Notes under the pieces: model-generated | Database searches by the model: none | Seen by the model: the letters and a program-made list of their open reading frames with translations, nothing else | What the model was told of the DNA's origin: nothing | Shown here: positions 7,726 through 12,562 of the stretch, piece by piece | How positions within the stretch are numbered: the stretch's first letter is position 1 | Layout: each line of letters begins with the position of its first letter | NCBI GenBank assembly: GCA_038534095.1 | Contig: JBCAXK010000044.1 | Coordinates: 1 to 12,562 of the forward strand | DNA: 12,562 bases | DNA from: Chlamydiota bacterium | GTDB lineage: Bacteria > Chlamydiota > Chlamydiia > Chlamydiales > SM23-39 | Direction of reading: 5' to 3' | Program-made: the position numbers and the translations under genes

Positions 7726-8562
7726 TTACCTATTCCTCAGCAGAGTTTCGAGGTATTGTCGATGGAATTGATACAGCCTTTGGTTTCTTGTTGCAAAGGT
7801 TCCCGACTTTACTATAAAACCAATTGTCGCAATCGCCCTATTGAGGCCTACAAATGGAATCAGTGGCTTGTAATTTGGGACAGGTCGAATCGCTGCGTAA
7901 GCGGATAAAAATGCCTGCTTGTGTTGACCTAGCCAGTCTGGGTGCCCAAGGGAACAAAAATCTTCCTCTGCGAAACTCGCGCGAGCTCCGGCCCAGTCGA
8001 TCATCGCTTGTAGTTTGCCCCGGTGCACTATGATATTCCCTGGACGAAAATCGCGGTGAACGGCAATAGGGCCATCTACCGATTGAAGGAGGTGCCTATG
8101 AGTATGATAGTAGTTCTTGCAAGCTTCGATGATTCTTGGAGAAAGATGACCTCTGCATTCACGTAAGCCTTCACGCAATTTGTAGGAAAGATACTCTGTT
8201 GGATGGTCGCTTAAATGAGCTTGGATCGGATCCCCATAGCCTGGAAACCGGTGGAGATGAAGGAGGGCCAAAGAATTTCCTAGTTCATGAGCTAGAGATT
8301 GGGTCATGTCATTTGGTTGGAGAAGAGCTCCAGGCAGGCATTCCATCAAAATAGCGCCATGTGTTTCTTTTTGCGGAGGCACGTCCTTCACAATCCGGGG
8401 TATGGGGAGTTTTCTCTCAAGAAGCCGTAAAAAATAGATCTCCCTGAAATAATCTCGTTTTTTCTCAGAAATTTTCAAAATCAAATCTCGCCCATGTGCC
8501 TCTCTCAATTTATAGACTAGAGAAACAATCGCATCTTCGTGATCAATCTTTGAAACAATCAC
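7726..8562 (-). CDS. Aminoglycoside phosphotransferase / choline kinase-like (APH family) protein; true start may be upstream, near 8604
   Basis: ATP-site lysine in LILKI, hinge-like ILMECLPG, catalytic Brenner motif HRDFRPGNII, metal-binding MIDW. Substrate cannot be determined from sequence. Confidence 0.92.
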   Translation of the reverse strand: MIVSKIDHEDAIVSLVYKLREAHGRDLILKISEKKRDYFREIYFLRLLERKLPIPRIVKDVPPQKETHGAILMECLPGALLQPNDMTQSLAHELGNSLALLHLHRFPGYGDPIQAHLSDHPTEYLSYKLREGLRECRGHLSPRIIEACKNYYHTHRHLLQSVDGPIAVHRDFRPGNIIVHRGKLQAMIDWAGARASFAEEDFCSLGHPDWLGQHKQAFLSAYAAIRPVPNYKPLIPFVGLNRAIATIGFIVKSGTFATRNQRLYQFHRQYLETLLRNR

Positions 8563-8886
8563 ATCTTCGAGCTCGAGTAATTGGAGATAAGGGAGAATAT
8601 TGATAGGCGCTGTACCCTTTTTCTAATGAGGGTTTGACAAGCCATAAAATCAAAGCATCATCCCTAAAAACTCAGAAAGGGGGCGCTATTTTTCACGCTT
8701 TGTCTACCACAGAAAAAATGTTACCAGATTTCTCTTGAAAAACGAACTTGCTTTGTCGCATGTCTTGCAAATTCGCAGGGCAGCAAGTATATATTAGAAA
8801 AACATTTTGAAAATGCAGCCGATTACTAAGAAATTTTTTCACGAGAATAGCTACTAAACCTTTCGAGAATGCCCTCTTTAGGAAAA

Positions 8887-8960
8887 TGGGGCAGGAGGGA
8901 CTTGAACCCCCGACCAACGGATTATGAGTCTGCTGCTCTAACCAACTGAGCTACTGCCCC
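8887..8960 (-). tRNA. tRNA with CAT anticodon, most likely tRNA-Ile2 (lysidine-modified), alternatively elongator tRNA-Met; CCA not encoded
   Basis: Minus strand GGGGCAG TA GCTC AGTTGGTTA GAGC A GCAGA CTCATAA TCCGT TGGTC GGGGG TTCAAGT CCCTC CTGCCCC A folds as a cloverleaf. Paired G1-C72 and lack of three consecutive G-C pairs in the anticodon stem exclude the initiator tRNA. Confidence 0.95.
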
Positions 8961-8974
8961 ATCGAAGATTCATG

Positions 8975-9003
8975 ATCATACCGGGGAAAGATTTTATCGC
9001 CAA
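8975..9003 (-). promoter_or_regulatory. Sigma70/sigma66-type promoter for the tRNA
   Basis: Minus strand TTGGCG (9003-8998), 17-nt spacer, TATGAT (8980-8975), ending 14 nt before the tRNA 5' end. Confidence 0.7.
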
Positions 9004-9455
9004 GAAAATACCGAGTCCATTTCTAGAAAAACAATAGCTCGTAATAAAAAAATTCTTTGATTTCAGGCTTTTTCTTGTCCATGACAAATGAAGATCCGTC
9101 AAAGATTTCCAAAAACCATTCTCCAGAAAATAGGTCTTTCACCGGAATTGGGCATAGAATACACCACCACGCCCTGGTACCAAACATCTTAGAGAATAGG
9201 CTTCATCGTCGAAGTCGAGTATTTGTACAACAAGTATTAGACAATTGCATATACAAAACAAAGGTATCTCAAGAAGTTTTTCATCAATATATACCCATCT
9301 TGAATCTTCGGTTTTTTCACAAATTTGCTTCCATTCTTCTAGTAAGCGTCATCGCTTCTCTCTTACTAGATCATCATCAAGCAAAAAGCATGGTCTCTCA
9401 TATTTATATACGCAAACTTTTCTATACGATCGCCCTGCCAGTCAAAGGCTATCAA

Positions 9456-9484
9456 TTCCATTTTTATTACGAATCTGTTAGATT
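9456..9484 (+). promoter_or_regulatory. Candidate promoter for yidC-dnaA
   Basis: TTCCAT (9456-9461), 17-nt spacer, TAGATT (9479-9484) with an extended -10 TGn; only a moderate consensus match. Confidence 0.3.
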
Positions 9485-9519
9485 ATGTGAATACTCTCAA
9501 CGATTACGCAGGTTTTTTC

Positions 9520-11877
9520 ATGGACAAACGATCCTGGATCTTTTTTTTCTTCGTCTTAAGCGCTACCCTACTCATGAACCAGTATTTTTCTCCAAAAATT
9601 TCTTTGGAACATCAGCAAAAGACGCATGTCGAAAAAACCAGAAAACACCTTCAGGACAAACAAGCAGCTCACTCCCCTTCTCATGAAGACCTCTCTTTGC
9701 TACAGATAGATGGACCAGAAAATGGGAAGTATTTAGGGGTAGAAATAGAAGGGAATTTCCTGACGATCTCTACAAAGGAGCCGATGCCAAAGACTCTTTC
9801 GATGGGAAATGCCCTTGGAGCGATCGCCTTCCCTAACAAAACCATCGAACCGGTCATTTATAGAACAAATGACAAAAAAGTGGATGTATACTCATTAAAT
9901 TTGCAGGAAGACAAACTGTTTTATCTCGCCTATCAGGATGAAGAAACCAAGGCCCCGACAATTGCTTGCGCTACAAACACAAAAAACGAAATCGTCACAA
10001 GCAAGGAAGTCAGGCAAAACGCATTTGTCTTTGATGAGGATCACCATCTTATTGGGATTTTTGAAGGAAAAAGCCAAAAAATCCACTCTTTTTCTTCCTA
10101 CTTCCGGCTCACGAATCAGGTGAATCTTCTTAGCATCACGAATGAAACCTACTACGTCTTAGAAAACCCCTATCAAATGCTCGTGTTTTCTTCAAAAGGG
10201 GGCTCTCTTGCAGAAATCAATTTACCGTTTTTTAGTGATAAGAACCAAGATAGTGTCGTAAAACCCCTCTATTTTGATCGGATCATAGAGCAAAAATACC
10301 CCGAAAACGCGCAGTTTCCAGAGCGCCCCTACTTTGTATCAGAAAATGGTTCGATCATAGAAAAACAACCTACCGTGGGTTCTTATTATCCTCTGCTTAG
10401 AAGAGATTTACTGACTCCAAGTGGAGAGGTAGAGCGCTCTTTTGATCCAAAATACTATTGCTGCGCCCTACGGGAAGAGGGAGGAGATCCAGAAATTTAT
10501 CAAGTAACCCGTTTTGAGAAAAATTTGATTGAATTCACAGCATTTGGGGCTAGAAGAACCATCATCAAACGGTACCGTCTCCCCGAAAACCCCAAAGAAC
10601 TTCCCTACGTGTTTTTTCTCACAGTGGAAGTCGAAGGAGATACCACAGGCTTATTTTTAGAATCGGGCGTACCTGATGTAGAGCTCATTTCGGGCTACTT
10701 TTCTCCAGCTCTCAAATACCTCGTTACAAGAAATGGAACGACGAATATTCAACAACTTTCTCTACCAAAGGCGCAACAAGAAGAGCCGCTCTCTTCTCTA
10801 TCTAACCAAAAACCAGAATGGATTGTCAATTCCAATGGATTTTTGGGCGTGATCTTAGATCCCTTGAACGGCCCCGCATCAGGATTAAAAGCCACAGCGA
10901 TTTCTGGGGAAAAAATCCCTACAAGGCTCAGTTTGATCAGTTCGCAGTACGGTCTTTATCCGGCAGAAAAATATCCAGGTTATTCGATGCAACTGCCTTT
11001 TCCTAAAAATGCTCCTGCAGAATTTCGGATTTTTGCAGGTCCTTTTGAGTCTGACACTCTCCAAACCATCGATCAAACTGTGCAAAAAAACAAAGGAGTG
11101 AGCCCCGATTACACAAAGGCGCAAAGTTCTCACGGATGGTTTTCATTCATTTCGGCCCCTTTTTCCAAATTTCTATTTTTGTTGATGCGGTTTTTTCATA
11201 CAATAACGAGCTCTTGGGGACTGTCGATTCTATTGCTAACGCTAACGATGCGTATTTTGCTCTATCCTCTCAATGCTTGGTCTTTTAAAGCCGGTCAGAG
11301 ATCGCAAGAAGTGATGCCTGCCCTAAAAAAAATTCAGGAAAAATACAAAAAGAATCCAGAAAAGCTGCAGTTAGAAACCATGAAGCTGTACAAAGAAACG
11401 GGCTACAATCCGTTTATGGGATGCTTCCCAGCATTTATTCAAATGCCTTTTCTTTTGGGTCTTTTTGATCTCTTGAAATCTTCTTTTGATTTAAGAGGCG
11501 CTTCATTCATTCCTGGTTGGATCGACAATTTAGCAGCCCCCGACGTCCTCTTTAGCTGGGGATACCGGTTGTTTTATTTTGGAACAAGCTTTCATCTTTT
11601 ACCTGTTATTTTTGCCTTTGTCACTTTGGCGCAGCAAAAGCTCACCTTCCGCTGGTCGGGAGCAAGCCAGCAACCTTTAACAGAGCAGCAAAGGCAGCAG
11701 CAAGCTATTGGCAACGGTATGGTGATTGTTCTTAGCATCGCTGTATACCACTTTCCTTCAGGTCTCAATATTTATTGGATTTTTTCTACCTGCCTAGGAA
11801 TATTGCAACAATACATCATGCACAAAAGAAAAGGGGTCAAAAAAGAGAGTCAAACGACCTTACAAGTAAAAAAGTGA
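9520..11877 (+). CDS. yidC: Membrane protein insertase YidC, long chlamydial type (785 aa from ATG 9520)
   Basis: N-terminal MDKRSWIFFFFV anchor helix; LENPYQMLVFSSKGGSLAEINL periplasmic motif; core SWGLSILLLTLTMRILLYPL, NPFMGCFPAFIQMPFL, WIDNLAAPD, FPSGLNIYWIFS. ATG 9520 preceded by AGGT is preferred over GTG 9487. Confidence 0.97.
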   Translation: MDKRSWIFFFFVLSATLLMNQYFSPKISLEHQQKTHVEKTRKHLQDKQAAHSPSHEDLSLLQIDGPENGKYLGVEIEGNFLTISTKEPMPKTLSMGNALGAIAFPNKTIEPVIYRTNDKKVDVYSLNLQEDKLFYLAYQDEETKAPTIACATNTKNEIVTSKEVRQNAFVFDEDHHLIGIFEGKSQKIHSFSSYFRLTNQVNLLSITNETYYVLENPYQMLVFSSKGGSLAEINLPFFSDKNQDSVVKPLYFDRIIEQKYPENAQFPERPYFVSENGSIIEKQPTVGSYYPLLRRDLLTPSGEVERSFDPKYYCCALREEGGDPEIYQVTRFEKNLIEFTAFGARRTIIKRYRLPENPKELPYVFFLTVEVEGDTTGLFLESGVPDVELISGYFSPALKYLVTRNGTTNIQQLSLPKAQQEEPLSSLSNQKPEWIVNSNGFLGVILDPLNGPASGLKATAISGEKIPTRLSLISSQYGLYPAEKYPGYSMQLPFPKNAPAEFRIFAGPFESDTLQTIDQTVQKNKGVSPDYTKAQSSHGWFSFISAPFSKFLFLLMRFFHTITSSWGLSILLLTLTMRILLYPLNAWSFKAGQRSQEVMPALKKIQEKYKKNPEKLQLETMKLYKETGYNPFMGCFPAFIQMPFLLGLFDLLKSSFDLRGASFIPGWIDNLAAPDVLFSWGYRLFYFGTSFHLLPVIFAFVTLAQQKLTFRWSGASQQPLTEQQRQQQAIGNGMVIVLSIAVYHFPSGLNIYWIFSTCLGILQQYIMHKRKGVKKESQTTLQVKK

Positions 11878-11878
11878 T

Positions 11879-12562
11879 ATGAAATTTTGGGAAAATTTTT
11901 TACAGGAACAAGAAAAGCTACTTGGCAAAGAAAATACAGACAAGTGGCTACGTTCTCTAAAAATTCTCCGCTTTGACGCAAGAAACATCCATTTAGAAGC
12001 GCAAAATACATTTCAGATGCACTGGTTTGAGGAGCATGTAAGAAAACAGACAAAAACGCTCAAAAATGGTAGCGGACGTCCTTTTCATATCGCTCTTTCT
12101 CTAGCGCATAACTCCTCTAAGAAAGGCTCCACTAAAAAAGCGCGTTATCCAAAGACCGATTGTTTTCAAAGTGACTGCCTAGTTAACACACATATTTTTG
12201 ATTCTTTCTACGTAAGCGAAGAAAATCGCCTCACCTACAACATCGTAAAGGCTCTTTCTACTTCAACAGCTTACAATCCAGTATTTATTTACGCTCCAAA
12301 AGGGTGCGGAAAAACCCACCTTCTTATGAGCGCAGCCCATGCTTTCAAAGCCGCTTCTTTAAAAACCTTGTACATACGAGCAGAAACCTTTACAAGCCAC
12401 GTTGTACGAGCCATACAGCTTGCCAATATGCAAAAATTCCGTCAAATATACCGCTCAATTGACGCCCTAATTTTTGATGATGTGCATATTTTAGCAGGAA
12501 AAAAAGCGACTCAAGAAGAATTTTTTCATACGTTTAACGAGCTGCATACAGCCGGGAAACGG
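11879..12562 (+). CDS. dnaA: Chromosomal replication initiator DnaA, chlamydial type, 3'-truncated by the window (not in the ORF track)
   Basis: Open frame from ATG 11879: MKFWENFLQEQEKLLGKENTDKWLRSLKILRFDARNIHLEA...YNPVFIYAPKGCGKTHLL (Walker A)...IDALIFDDVH (Walker B)...KKATQEEFFHTFNELH. Confidence 0.97.
   Translation, partial: MKFWENFLQEQEKLLGKENTDKWLRSLKILRFDARNIHLEAQNTFQMHWFEEHVRKQTKTLKNGSGRPFHIALSLAHNSSKKGSTKKARYPKTDCFQSDCLVNTHIFDSFYVSEENRLTYNIVKALSTSTAYNPVFIYAPKGCGKTHLLMSAAHAFKAASLKTLYIRAETFTSHVVRAIQLANMQKFRQIYRSIDALIFDDVHILAGKKATQEEFFHTFNELHTAGKR

Noticed and set aside
7436..7908. Plus-strand ORFs 7436-7630 and 7564-7908
   Set aside because: No recognisable motifs; the longer one overlaps the phosphotransferase antisense and its start is poorly spaced from the nearby SD-like sequence.
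8693..8917. 74-aa minus-strand ORF
   Set aside because: Begins inside the tRNA and has no protein-like features.
9057..9686. 209-aa plus-strand ORF as a real gene
   Set aside because: Overlaps yidC by 167 nt out of frame, has shadow-like His/Arg-rich composition and no recognisable domain.
8961..12562. Replication origin near dnaA
   Set aside because: No cluster of DnaA boxes seen; only one near-match (TTATCCAAA, 12145-12153) inside the dnaA coding region, and no intergenic space before dnaA.
1..12562. CRISPR array, transposase or integrase
   Set aside because: No regularly spaced short repeats with unique spacers and no recombinase or transposase motifs found in the translated frames examined.

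Overview
The window looks like chromosomal DNA from a member of the Chlamydiae (probably an environmental lineage), judged by the chlamydial-type long YidC directly followed by a chlamydial-type DnaA. In order it carries: a 5'-truncated MATE transporter (+), a GNAT acetyltransferase (-), a 1673-aa autotransporter with a repeat-built passenger (-), an APH/choline-kinase-like phosphotransferase (-), a CAT-anticodon tRNA (-; probably Ile2), about 560 bp of unexplained DNA, yidC (+), and a 3'-truncated dnaA (+) that is missing from the ORF track. The most notable hidden structure: (1) a degenerate copy of the tRNA 3' end just downstream of the autotransporter, which would bound a ~6.6-kb integrase-less islet holding the autotransporter and the phosphotransferase; (2) a nested duplication history in the passenger (ABCD-CD-E / ABCDE) with patchy divergence between the two 531-bp copies; (3) bases 1-56 are a perfect inverted copy of 206-261, probably a fold-back chimera, which makes the N-terminus of the first ORF false. 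I cannot support a complete new multi-gene system from the sequence alone; the tRNA-anchored islet is the best candidate.
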